NCBI GenBank assembly: GCA_965178125.1
Contig: OZ237739.1
Coordinates: 930,001-994,000, forward strand
From: Bilabrum cf. latius
Lineage: Eukaryota
Reading direction: 5' to 3'
DNA: 64,000 nucleotides
The translations under genes and the position numbers were made by a program. Under the pieces are notes generated by a model. It had not been told where the DNA came from and did no database searches. It was given only the letters and a program-made list of their open reading frames with translations. Shown here piece by piece: positions 23,601 through 36,682 of this stretch; the stretch's first letter is position 1; each line of letters opens with the position of its first letter.

Positions 23601-24603
23601 CACCGCAAGCTCCACCTCGTCCAAGACAACCGTGTCGCGGGCAACCGCCGCTCACTCGCAGGGCGGGGCCCCCTTCGTCCACGCCAACAAGCAAGCGCAC
23701 TCCCACAGGAGGACACATGGCAGCGGCACCAACGGTGGGAATACCAGCAGCACTCCGTCCTCTGCTGAACAGCAAGGAGGCATCATGCTGGCGAGCTCAG
23801 ATACAGCAGAGGCCCACCGCCCCATGCGCGCGTTTGAAGCCTTGCTGCTTCGGATGCCACCCATCGATGTGCTGGGTACCCTGACAGGAGGGGGGCGGCA
23901 GCCAAGCTCCAATGCCCACGGCATGCCGTCCATGGCAGCAGCGGCCGAGTTGGAGGAGGCCTTCCAGTCTCCTATTCTGGTAAAGAGGCGCGAGGTGGCC
24001 GATGGGACGGCTGGCACTCCTCACTACATCGCTCCCGAAACTGCCGCGGGCGGTGGAGCGGGCTGCTCGGCTGATTGGTACAGCATCGGGGTGCTTGCTT
24101 TCAAGTGCGTCGCGGGCCGCGTGCCGTACGACGGTCGCGACTTCCGCAGCATTTTCGACAAGGCAAAAGCGGGCGATATTCGCTGGAACCTGTTGCCGAG
24201 CGACACCTCGCCGGCTCTGCTAGACCTGCTCTCAAGGCTGTTGGACCGCGACCCCGCTCGCAGGATGCGGTCCGTGGGCCCCATCCGAAACCACCCGTTT
24301 TTCTCTGGAGTGGATTGGGACATGCTGTACCGCCGGCCATCCCCCCTCGCGGACCAGCACACCCACGTGCTCCCACCGAACCGGGATGGAACGTTCGCTA
24401 CATTGCGAGAGGCCGTGGAAGCCGTCAACCATGCAAGGTAGGGCGTGGCGGCAGCCAAGCAAGCGGCGCAAGTTGGGCCCGACGGTCGACCTGTGTATCC
24501 CGAATCGAGGCTCAGCTACCTGTTGCCGTGGAAGCGTCCGAGGGCTGCCAACGACAGCGCACCAGCTTCTGGGGCAGGGAAGCACGGCGGAGGCCCTGTG
24601 TGA
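14688..24603 (+). CDS. Multi-TM protein with two degenerate class III nucleotidyl-cyclase-like domains fused to a split AGC-type Ser/Thr kinase (exons 14688-14763, 14875-15316, 15404-21236, 21376-24603; ~3,190 aa)
   Basis: Kinase motifs [25 protein letters not shown] (21706), GTPHYIAPE (24013), [16 protein letters not shown]. Cyclase-like '[29 protein letters not shown]' and 'VAIHSGEV[TAG][12 protein letters not shown]'. Over 20 in-frame TAG; ends in TGA. The first exon and start are less certain. Confidence 0.75.
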
Positions 24604-24795
24604 TTGTACTTTGGTGTAAAAGGTGCTCAGTCTACTGGCTGGTATAACCGAATTTTAGTCGCGTGCTGTTCTTAAGATAGTAGTTTGTCACCCACGCAGC
24701 CGCGTCGCCCGGGGCCGTTGGGTGGAACCGGAATCGGAAACTCATCATGCGGTAGAAATATCTATCGCTTTCATTGCGCAGAAATTATCTCACAT

Positions 24796-26772
24796 ATGGC
24801 AAAATAGACCAGAACAACGAGAGCGCGAGGCAGGTCGCTGTCCCCATCTACTTGTGGAATTTGCGTCGTGGTTGGCCTTGTAGTCGTCGCTGCGATCATC
24901 ACGCCGGTACTCTAGCACAACATGTCTAGATCCCGTATTCGACAAGGTAATGCCTCGCCAAATAACGACTTGCTTGAGGCTTCAAGGGAAGCTAGTACGA
25001 TCAATCATCATGGTAGCAGTCGTAGCATGGATCCTCCAGCAGTCGCCAAACCGTCGCCCTGGCCGTCTATGAGTCCTGTAAGTACTAAACCTAGTGTCTC
25101 TAAACCTAGTGTTTCTAAAATTAGAGTGCCAAATGCGATAATGTGGGCAATTAGGAGCGGCGAACGTGCTTTTGCCCTCAATGCCAGCTCGCTAACAGCT
25201 ACAAGGCGCATGTTCCGATCCTAGCACCAGTGCGTTAACAAAGACTGGGGCTATGATTAGATCCAGCAGTGGAACAAGGACAAAGGCGCTGTTCTGTGCA
25301 AGCCAGACGGGAGTACCCCTGGAGGCGCTACGCTTCGGAAGCACTGTGCGATGTTCCCGCTGCAAGGCGGCAAGAGATGCTTCCACACAGTGTCATTCGG
25401 CAGCCCCTACGCTTACGTGCACCGGAAGAATGGGTTGGTCAAGGTTGGAGATAATTGGAACAAACCGCGCTGGCTTCTGCCTTGCCAATTGTCTCATGGT
25501 AGCTCGCTGTCTACCCCGAACGATGCCCTAACGAAGGTTTTCCATCACGTGGAGGACGGCTCCATGCAAACTCTGGTGGACAGTGGCACGGTATTTATGC
25601 CTCAGGCTAGCATGTTTACGGAGGAGGTGAGAAAGGGCGCCGGCAGCAAGGTGGACTGGCTGCGGTCCGGCCCAGCACCATCGGATGACGTTGGGAGCGC
25701 AGATATACCTGCAGCAAAGCTGGGAGGGAACCCGGGGGAGTTCAAGGTGTGGCCCACGCAGACTTAGGCAGAGAAAGGATTCGTGTACTACATCGTCAAT
25801 CGAGACTGCGGTCCGCCGAGATACAACCCCTTCCACTGCACGGCTGACGTTTGGAACGGTGTGATGACTTTGTCGGCCCTATAGATAGAGCCGGCCTAGG
25901 TGGTGGTGCTATTCACAGATTCAAGGGGTCACAGTCCGTACGAGCACCTGTGGCGGACTGTGGGCGGGGCTGGAGTGTACACATCTGCGCGCCTCGCTTC
26001 CATCCCAGCAGATTTGAGGCCACCGATGCGCAAGGCAGTTATCGCTCAGAGCCCAGACGCCAGCATAATGTGGCAAGAGGGACACAGCTTCACTAAATGC
26101 AGGCACAAGATAGGCGCGTACGCGCTGATGCGAGAGCACATTCTGCAAGGGCTCCTGCTTTGGCCAGACGAGAGCCTGTCCAGCCGGCAGAGGGCGAAAG
26201 ACATCGTGTACGTGTCCAGGAAGCCGAAGCTCGCTGTGGTCATGAAACGGCAGGTAGCGAACGAGGATGATGTCCTGGGGGGCTTACGGGCAGCTGTGGA
26301 GAGTATTCAACAGTCTTCGCAGAAGCAGCAGCTGCCTGACGACATGCAAGTCGTGGCGAGGAATTTCGCCGAGCTTCCAATCAGGGACCAGGTCAAGTCG
26401 TGCCTGCATGCCAGGGTGATCGTTGGGCCGCATGGGGCGGGCATGACGTGGGGTATGTTCTAGCAGTCTTTACCGGGCGCGGGTGTGGTGGAGATCGCGC
26501 CGTACATTGAAGGGGGCAAGCTGTGGCCGAAGTTGTTCGCAAACGCAGCAGTCTTGATCGGCGTGAACTACGTCCGGTGGGATGCCTCGCAAGCAGAGAC
26601 GCGTGGCGCAACAACGGTCCATGTCCCTACCATCTAGGGCCTCACGGAGACGATCCTGAAGCTGGACCCCACGAAGGACCTTGGGCCGCGGCTAGGGGGG
26701 CCTGGAGTCCTGGGAATTGTACGGAGTGGCGAGCCAACGGAGTTCGGCAAGATGCCGAAAATGCAGGCGTGA
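24796..26772 (+). CDS. Glycosyltransferase family 61 (DUF563/EOGT-like), type II membrane protein (~658 aa)
   Basis: Basic N-terminus plus signal anchor ICVVVGLVVVAAIITPVL; 'YNPFHCTAD', 'IVYVSR...RQVANEDDV', 'LPIRDQV...VIVGPHGAGMTWGMF..GVVEI'. Nine in-frame TAG; ends in TGA. Confidence 0.85.
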
Positions 26773-26912
26773 CGAAAGTGCGGCTTTGTGGATGTAGATG
26801 ATATCCGATAGCACGTGCAAGATGACACACTGGCAGCTAGTCTGTCAAAAAACCATTTCGAATCCAACTATCCGTGGTCTATCAATTAAGTCAACCGCAA
26901 CGGCAGATCTAC

Positions 26913-29900
26913 TTACTACCGCCCTCCAGGGCTAGCTGGCTGCTAGGCAGGTCGAAACGGCCGGACAGCACCACTAGAGGCTGAGAGCCATGCCCTGAGC
27001 ACAACCACAGCATTAGCTAGCACGCTTACCAAGGCAAACCACCTGACCATCTCACTAACATGGTACAGATTCTGCTAAGCAGCCACACCAACGTAGAAGG
27101 CTGCACACATAGCAGCTGCCCACGTCCACTCTGTCGCCCTTGGCAGGGCCGTCTCTGATATTGAAAGGTGCAGCACCATCGGCGCCACAAGCATGACCTC
27201 AGAGTGAAATGGGTGCCTGAGTTGCGTCGCCTACTCCACCGTAAACACGACAGTGAACAGCTTCGTCGCAATCACCATGGCGTACAGAATGAGGACGGCC
27301 TCTCTGTGCCGTATCCGCGAAATCATGCTAGTGGTGCTCTCTACCTCGGCCAAGTCGCTGCCAGAAGTCGCTGCGCCTATTTTGTCTCCATCTCTGGCCC
27401 TGTCACTGTGTTCAGACCAAGCAGACGATGTTGACAGGCTCCTCGGCTGAACCTCGTCAATATGCCTCCTCGCGCCGAGGCAAGCTCGCTAGATGAACAG
27501 AGTGCATACATTCTGTAAATACACTACAAAAAGCATTAGCCACGGCATAAATAGCGAGAAGAGAATGCTGCCAAGCCACATACTGAGCCTGCCTGTATGC
27601 GCCTTGCAGTACAGGAAGTCCACACATGGCCCACTCACCGTGCAGGCAGCTCCGCAACGAATCACCTGCGAGAGCCAGTGGATGCCTCTGCGCCAAGCAC
27701 GTGGAAGGCTCCTTGTCCTCTGCATAGCCTCAGAATAACCGGATCGCGGAGCCAATAGGTGCATCTGGCTCTGGTGATCCCATTTAACGCAGCAAGCCCT
27801 GTAGAATTCGGCCCAAATTGCCTCGCCGACGACGCCGCACCGCTCTTTGTTGCACCGCATAGCGGCGTGGGAGCTGCCTGTATGGCTGCTGCTACCTTTT
27901 CCTATGCTGTCCGATCGCTGTGCTGTAGCGGATGCACCGTGTTCGGCAGATTCGTATCCGCTTGCTCCATCGCCAGCCGGGTCGCCACGTGCGGGTATAG
28001 CTGCAGCAACGACCTCCAGAGCTCCCCAAGCCATTGCAAGCGCGCGCTGCATGGAACCTGGCTGCTGAAACTGCAGCTTGGTCCACGCAGGGTGACACAT
28101 AGTATTGCAACACCCAGCCACCGACAACCACGAGCCGCTGTAGAAGTCCGAGGCAAGCCTTGACGAGGCATCGAATCGAGACCAGTCTACTTCAAGGTAC
28201 CAAAACCTGCCGGCAAGCCCTTCAGATGACCCCACCACGCCGAACCCCGCCTCTGCATCCTCCTCCGTTAGTGTCCGCAGCCTGCCTGAAGGAACGGGTG
28301 GTCGTCGCAGCAACCCGAAATCCGGTGGGACCGGCGCCGGGGTACTTGCGACAATAGGAGATGACTGCGACGCTTTCGGGGTGCTGACATCGAGTGATAA
28401 CCATGAGGGAACTCGTGCTATTGGCCTTCCCTGGATGCCACGCGAGAATCGAGATTCGTCGGTTTGGGCATTCGATACCCCGCCGGGTGTAGCCTGTGTC
28501 TACCCGCCTGGTTGCTCTGCGTCGTCCCTCACAGCTGAGGTAGCCAGGGCGGTGAATCGAGTGCCGGCTTTGCCATACAGCACTGTGAGCTCATCAAACA
28601 TGCTGAGCTCTTGCACATCACCAGCCTGCTTAAGCGACTGGGCCCAGTCAATGTCAAGAGCGGCATCGCGCGACGCGGAGTCGGCGTGAAGGCTTGACTC
28701 CCGGACGAACTTGAGAGCTCGGTCCAGGCACCAAACAAGCTCGACGCTCGCATCACCGGGAAGAATGCCCGCCACACTCGCGGGCAATAGCCCTGAAGCA
28801 AGGGCACTAGCAGCTGCGTCCTACCCCATCGGTGTTGTCGAGCCGACGTGTGCCTCGGAGCCATCCATCCAGCCGGGGATAGCATCGGATGGGCCAGACT
28901 CATGGCTAGCCGACGAACTGCGGGATTCACGAATGGCAGGCATTTGGTCGAGCCCGGCAGTAAGATCAACTGCACCAGTGGCCACAGCACCAGATCTTGG
29001 GGTGGTGGATGCACGGACGTTGTCGAAATGCGGTGGCAAATCAGGGATCTGCATTTCGTCATCCCTCTCCGACGACTTGCGCTTGCGGTATCCTGAAGGG
29101 GTAGCCCGCTGCGGCGAGACGCGCGATTTTTGCCTTGGAATAGATATGCGCAATCCATTGCCGCTAGATAAACCACGATGGCCACCGCTCGGGCCTGCAT
29201 CTGATGGTGATGACAGAGACTGCAAAGTAGCCGCCGAACGGCGAGTAAGGGAGCTCACTCGGCTCAGAGGCATTGGCCTGGCTCGGCTCGTGCGGGACAT
29301 GGTCATTTCTTGCACTGCATCGCTTCCATCCATAGCCTGTGAATGAAGCGGCAGTGTGCCTTCGCTGCTACCAGCCGCATTTAACCAATCCAGCATTCCA
29401 ACCCGATGAGATGCTTCAGGCGGGGATGCACCTTCGACTGTACTTCGCTCTCGCGCTCTGCCTAGCTCGAGAGTGCCCTGCAAAGAGAGCACCGCGCCCG
29501 GCCCGGACTGTTGCCGCGTGGCCTGTTCTTCATCCCCAGGTTCATCCCTTGGGCTCATTGACAACATGCCAGGAGCTCCAAACATGACTGGACCCGTATC
29601 AGCCATGCTCCGCTTGACCGCATCGTCGGGCAACACGCTGTGATTCGCCTAGGCTCTGGCTGCGTGCGCACCCATTACTGCTGCAACGAGACGAAACATC
29701 ATCCAGTGTGATTCGTTCGTTGTCTGCAGGAGCGAAGCCCCCTTCTTAGCTATCTCGCCGTCCACACGTGACGAGGTGGCGTGCAGCGATTCGCCGACGG
29801 TGAACACGAGCGACTCTTCGGAGTCACCCACCAGTATGCCACCGGCACCTGACATGGCCTCTGCACCGGTCCACTCCTGCAGCCTGCGCTCTCCTCCTGT

Positions 29901-32900
29901 CTGCATGCAGTCATGAGGCTGTACATCCTCAATGTCCTCCGCTGCCTGCACAGCCGCTGCGACTATCAGTTGTGCAGCCTCATGCACAGAAATACCGAGA
30001 TTACTTTCGTTGGCTTGGCAGCCGTCAGCGTGTGGCATGCCCGCCCAGTCCGCCCTCGTCCCAGATGGAGATTTCACGAACCTTGCCACAGACGACTGTA
30101 GGCTTGCTCGGTGTTTCGGAGGGGTGAACGAGTCTGAGCCTGCCCTGCGGTCACGGTGTAGCGTGCTGCCAGGCCGCGACCAGACGATTCCACCCACGGC
30201 ACCGAGGCGATCAGCGTCTGCTGGGAAAGACGGTATCTAAAGGTCGTCATCATCACCGGGTGGAAGCGGTCCGATGTCATCTATTGACACAGTGCGAGTT
30301 CTTGCGCGGCGTCGCCACCCGAAGATACGCGCGGATGTCACTTCGTCAGTGTTGGACGGCAAGCAGCAGTAACAAGCCGACTCGTAGCTGTGTAGGCACT
30401 GTTGGCACCTCATTGAGCACCCAGGGCAAATTCTTTTGAAGCAAGTCCACGTCAAGCTCTTGCACACGGATACAATAACAGAGATCCCCTGCACCGCGAG
30501 GTGGAGGAGTTTCCCGGTACAGTCCACTGCAAGGAGAAGCATGAAGCCAAAGCCAAGAGCAAACACGTGCATAAGAACGTGCTCCACAAGGGATGGACGA
30601 GTCCATTCCAACGGAGTGCTGCTGCCAGAACCCACAGAAGTTGCATCTCCAATGGGCAGCACCTGCCGCCTTCCCGTGCTAACACCCTCGTGGCCATCGA
30701 AAGTGGTCGGGTTGGCGTCAGTGGTCCACGGCACCGTCTCTTGGAACCAGTCACCAATAGCCCACATGAGCGTGCATTGCAGCAGGAGCACGAGCGATAT
30801 CCACACGAATGATCGTCGCAGTGTGGTCATGGCGGATGGGTAGCTTGGCATCGATGGAGGCGGCGTGGATGCCGGAGGCTGCAACGGAGCCAGCGCTGCC
30901 TGCAGCTAGCTAAATAGCTACAATGGGTGCAATCTCTCGGGTTCCGGTAGTATGCCTACCGCATTACCACCTGCTACACTATTCGAGCGAAGCTGACTTT
31001 GGCCCTTGACGCTGCCCTGCACTGCCATCCCAGGCACATCAGGATATGTAGGCGGCCAGCGCGCACCAGAAACACCCCCGTCAACACTGCCAGCATCGGA
31101 TAAACGCCGATCGATTTCGTCTGCAGTTGCCGTGACTAGAGCTTGCATCGCCATTGCTTGCTTCTGCAGAGCAGCCACCCAAAGCAGAGACACCTTACGA
31201 CGCCGCAAGGACCACTCCTGCATCTCACCGCCCCTGTTTACAAGCCGATGCCACCATTCCTGATGTTGGGCAGCCATGACTAGAAGCGTCACAGCAACGC
31301 CTGCAGTGACTAGCCATGAGCCTCTGTGAAGCATGACTTCGCCGAGAGCAGACATCCACGGGGCTCCGAGGTGCACGGTGTAGGAACACCTCGGGTCGGC
31401 GACGAGCAAAATTTCAGACTGAACATTTTGCTGCACTGGCAGCTACAGGTCCGTAAAGTTCGTACTGCTGTCAAACTGTATGTGGGGACGCAGCGCATGC
31501 GTAGACAGACGGTGCTCCGTGCTGTACCCCACGGGAGCGTGTAGTGACTGGTCAAACGCGGATTTCTCCAAGACCCTACCGATATGCCTCGGCGGAGGTA
31601 TGCCCACTGCAGGCAAGAACATGCTCTCGCACGCAAAGCACCTCTTGCGACCGGCAGTAGACACGTAGTACGCCAGTGGCCACCACAGAGGACCAGCAAT
31701 ATCATCAAGTGCGGAAGGCTTGTGGCTACTGGGAAGCGCGTCGCACTCCTGCGAGTGAACGTGCAGCCGGTACTGCAGCAGCGGACTGGGAGTCACTGGG
31801 AGCGGCAGCCGGATAACCATGCCGCTGCGGTCGGCAGATCGCGGCAGGTTCCAAGTTCTAGGAGCTGCTGCCGGCCACAGAAGCTTCCAGATTGACACCG
31901 AGCTCATCGGGGTAGCCTGTGGTGCGTCTGACGTAACAGCTGCGATACCGCCAGCCGGCCGGTGTCCAACTGCCTCATTCGGTTTCGCAGCATCAATTTT
32001 AGTCGGAATCTTTCCAGACGGAGCATCGGAAGAGTAGAGCTGCGCCAGAACAAAGCGTGTGGTACCCGCTAACGTGACGCCATCTGCATCCAGGCTGAAT
32101 TTTTCCTCCTGTTCGTCATCGAAGGCGACCCAGGGAACAGTACCAGAGCGAGCCCGAGATGCACCGGCTGGGCGACTAGGAGAGCCAATCGGTGCCGCAG
32201 CAAATCCTACGCATACTTCCAGTCTATCGATTGCTGGTCCATTGCTGTCTCCCGACAACACAGATACTGCGGCAGAGTACATCGCGGTGCTATCGATAAC
32301 TAGCATCGAATGCTTTCCCGCGGTGTCTATCACAGTAAATAGATCCACTGGGAGGTAGTTCTTCACTGGCTGCGTGCCACCATACCGTGCTCGGGCGGCT
32401 GGCCCAAGGGCCTCTCCAAGGGCCATCCACGCGCTGCTCCTGAGCGAGTAGTCACGAACTCTGTGTCGATGGGTCCGCCTCATGTGGTCAGGCAGGTCCA
32501 CCCACCTCACACCAGACGGTGCAAACGTAGCTCTGTCCACCCCGCGAAACGCCGGTGACCAAAGCGCGGCGACCGGAGTCGTTTGTGGCGTGTCCTGTTG
32601 TGGAGTATGGATTGTGGTCTGCATCCACACCCTCACGTGATCTCTGGCTCTGATTCTGTTGGAGAGAAGCACTAGCTGCTGGTCAGTAGCAAAACGACCC
32701 TTGTACACCCGTGGCAAAGGCAGGCATCTGGCACCGTGCCATGCATGCTTGCTGCCGCCGACACCGCGACTTGAAGTTGAGCGGTCCGATGGATTGCCAG
32801 CTTTATTCTGTGCCAACTCGGTTTGCTACTCACGCTAGTCTGCCGGCTCTACCCTCCAAAGCAGCCGCGAAGTTGCAGTGGCATGGGCTGTTACATTCAC

Positions 32901-34606
32901 TGGAAGCGGAGATGACTGCAATTCGGCTGCATCGTCGCCACGCTGTCTCGCCAGCCTTAAACTGGCAGTGCGAACGCCATCAATGTCCGCATCAGCAGCT
33001 GCGCGCACCGCGTCTGTGGGTGCAGAGGACAGAGGAGACACGGGAAGCGATCCGGCCCCGGCTGCCGCTGAGAGAATCGCGCCCGCACCGAGACCTAGCG
33101 TTCCAGACAGTCTGTGCACAACCAGCTCCGCCTGCTGTGGACTAGAATAGCCTCGAGAGGTACGAGGCATCGCGGCCACTGTCTTAGCTGCAAGCACGAG
33201 TGCTTTGGTAATTGCCCCTGCTGTCTACCCGCAGGCTAGCACGTCGTCGTGCAGAGTACCCAGCCACGCGCCTGCGACGCCATGGCTGAGGAAGCTGATG
33301 CTCCTCCGCGGCTCGCCAATCCCTGCCATGCTGGCGAGCTCCGGCCGCACGACGATATCGCTCCCACCTGTGCTCATTGACAGAACTGCGATGTCCTTCG
33401 TACGACTAGCAGCGGTCCTAAGCCATCCAAGGGGGACATTGGCTTCCTATGCATAGTACTGCATCAGATCTGGCTGCGATATGGCGGCATTCAATGCCTC
33501 GCCGGGCTATTCGGAGCCGGCCTGCAGCAGGCTGTGTTTGTCTCGTCTGCCCGACAGCCAGTCGAGCATTCCAGCAAACCCAGGAGAGACGCGCTGTCGA
33601 GGCAGCTTCTTCCCAGGCACCACACCGGCAGCCGCTGCCCACACCGAGTTTGCAATTCTGTTCACAGTCGCCAGCCGTAGGTCGGCAATGAACGGGTGCC
33701 CCTGCAGAGGCGAGTTGACCAGCATCATAGCGGCAACGGTGCCATTCTGGAAATTGGGAAGCAGTGGTGCCAGCCGCGAGGCCACTCCGCCCTGGCTGTG
33801 AGCCAGAAGCAATACCTGCCTCGGGAAACCAGCAATCTCCTTCGCGCGAGACAGGTGCACCCCGTGCCTTTGAGCGAAGAGGAGCTGCTCCTGGAGCAAG
33901 ACGCGGTTGATGCAATTGTTCAGATGCCATGCTTGCGCCAATAGCAATCCAGCATGAAATGCAGATGATCCAGAGTTGTAGTCTACTGTGTATGCAGGCA
34001 TGTGCAGATCCATAGGTGCTTGCTTGCTCAGCCGAGAACCCTTGAACATGCGAACTGCCTCGTCGAGAAGTGCAACAACGACATTCCCCTGACCAAATTG
34101 TCCTCGATGGCCATGCACAAATATAACGGGCACAACAGCACCCTAACCTGGGTCCTGCACGTCTCGTAAAGACTCAAAGGGGTCGCCAGTGGACTGCACA
34201 CCCAGCAAGCGAAACTCGTCCCCGGCTCGAGGGTCAAAGAGCAGCTGTGGCAGTGTCCGCCCCAAATCGTGAGCAGATGGCCCCTATCCAGCAGAAATTT
34301 GGTTATAGTTGACTCCATGGCGAACCTGCAAAGAAAAACTTAGATGAACTGGAAAGGAAGCCTGCTTGTTGCCATGCCAACATGCGAGACCTGACACCGT
34401 TTGCAGTCTATTCCACTCACGTCAAGGCACTAATTCGATTCTATACTAGAATTTCGCGCCATCAGGATAGCACAAGCTATCACTGTCACTGCTAGTACCG
34501 TGGCAATGATGGCACGCGAACCTCTGCGTCGAGCCCAAGCAGACGGGCATTGTGACGCTCGCTCGCAAGCAAAGCAGAATCCCTCTTGCCATTGCTATCT
34601 TTGCAT
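26913..34606 (-). CDS. PGAP1: GPI inositol-deacylase PGAP1/Bst1-like, greatly expanded (exons 34606-34421, 34325-26913; ~2,530 aa)
   Basis: N-terminal TM, 'PVIFVHGHRGQFGQ', 'YTVDY..SAFHAGLL.AQA', nucleophile 'LLAHSQGGVASR', 'SMSTGGSDIVVR', C-terminal TM helices. Nine track ORFs in one frame are joined only by TAG; ends in TAA at 26913. Intron 34420-34326; alternative ATG at 34624. Confidence 0.8.
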
Positions 34607-34860
34607 GGATACAAATTGCGGCATTTATGTTCCGATTGGTGCCATTGCTGCGAACGTGTGTTGTACTGAAGTCGCTTGTGGTGTGCTGTAGATCGGAGCA
34701 GTCAACGGCAACTCGACCGGCCCCCCGGGGCGGGGACCAGATCGGAGAGGTCAATTGATACGCACACGGAAAGACGTGCTAGCCCAGCGAGCGCGCGGCA
34801 TGAATTGCTACAAATCTATTCAAGATTCAGATCCATCTCAACACTCACGGACCGTCCGGC

Positions 34861-36342
34861 TCACACGAGATCGTGCTTCGACAGCCCAAGAGCTTTCCGC
34901 ACCCTCTCCTGTTCCCTGTCCGCCACCCGCTACAGAGCGGGGTTAGACTCCTCAAACTGGCCAAAGAACACGCCCACAGCACCATTCCGTTGCACGAGAT
35001 GCCGCCTAGGCCTCTGGGACCTCGCGATCTCCTCCCTCTGCGTTGCTCGGCGCCGGGTGCCGTCCCAATCCACCACCACGTGGTGCTGGTGGGCGCCCCG
35101 ATACCCAGTATCGCCCGCGGAAATGTCCTTGAATGCAAACCGAGAGGCGTGCTGCCCCCTCTCCTTGCGCGGGGGCACGTGTCCCTGCGGCAGGCGGGCG
35201 CCCATCCGGATGGCATTGCCCCTGTGCCTCAGCTTCGGGACGTAGTCATCGGGCAGCTGAGCGTCAGTCAGCAGCGCGGCCTCGAGACCCCAGCCCATGT
35301 CAGCTTCGTAGCCTCCCAGGGGCCCTTCCCCTCTCTCCTCGGCGGCCGCTGCCTCCGCTGCGTACTCCGAGTTGGACATGGAGTGCCCCGCGCTGTGACG
35401 AGTGCTCTGCCCGGGCCGGCCCCACGAGCCGGGCTTGAGCCTCTCCATGTACTCTGCGCCGTAGAGGTCAGAGAACAGCTGCTCCAGGTGTGGCGCGTGC
35501 AGGCCCCTCGCGATATACTCGGGTTCTAGGCGCTTCAGCGCGATGATGGCCGAGACCCTCTCGGGGGCGAGGCGGAACCGCTTGCCGAGCCGGTCAGCGC
35601 CCCAGTTCTTGTAGGCCCACAGGAAGTAGATCTGCTGGCGGATACCGGCAGGGACGTAAGGCTCTTGTTCGTAGTCCTCTGGTGTGTTGAGGTTGTCCTC
35701 AGTCAGCTGCTCGTTGTAGAACGAGTCCTCGTTGGAGTACTCGTCAAAGTCAGCGATCGACATGTCGTGGAACGCGCCACCGCTGTCAGCATCCCCGAAT
35801 CGCTAGCAGTACGCCTGGTGCTCAATGATATCTACGAGTGCAGCGCCGTGCTTCATGAATTCCTTGTCTTCGCGCAACTCTGGCAGCTATCGCAATTTCA
35901 AGTCTGCGATGGGTTCCAGATGCGGTCGAGCCTACCTGTACGGCACACCATCTGATTCGGCATTCTCCCATTGACCTTCGTACCACAGACCAAGAGCACG
36001 CTCCTCAGCCTCCTCAAAATGTTCTGCCGTAACCTCTGGCACCTTATAATCATCCCCACCGTCCTCATCATCGTAGCCCGTTGCTTCCTCGCCAGCCGCC
36101 GCAGCATCGTCTGCCGCGGCGGCACTAAGCGCCCTACGTGACAGCTTCAATCCATTAAAACTATGGCTACTTTCAATTCCCTCCCTGGTAATCCTACCAT
36201 GGCGCATACGGTGATTAACACAGTTGCAACAAGCTCCAGTACTCGAGTACCCTCTCGCAACTCTAGAGGAAGTCTTAGCGAGCCACGATCGACGAATTCC
36301 CGTGGAAATACAGCTAAATTTCTCAAAACGACTTCTTAACAT
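34861..36342 (-). CDS. Probable mitochondrial ribosomal protein mS45 (Bot1p domain) with N-terminal targeting peptide (~493 aa)
   Basis: Arg/Ser-rich presequence-like N-terminus; 'IRQQIYFLW...LGKRFRLAPERVSAIIALKRLE' resembles the Bot1p core; 'RFAFKDIS..VVVDWDGTRRRAT'. Four in-frame TAG; ends in TGA. Confidence 0.65.
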
Positions 36343-36682
36343 GGTGAGTAACGGCAATTTCTCTCAGTATGATGGAAGGAAGTCGAGTTGGGGGCATCGT
36401 CAAAAGTGCACGCTATTGCCCATGAAATTAAGATCGCGAGAGCAAGACGTGCGGACGGCCCATTGCCTATTACATTGAAATAACTGAGGAAGCTGGAATT
36501 CGAACGGATCCAAGTGACCAAAGTTATTTATTTCTCTTGCAAACTCGAAGGAAGACTGCTGAAGTTGGCTGGCGCCAGTGATTTTGGACTGCGACCTATT
36601 TCGCTTTACTACAAAGGCCCGTTTCACTGCTCTTACGGAGATTCAGGCATAGTCTAGCTACGCATCTGACAAAGTTACCATT

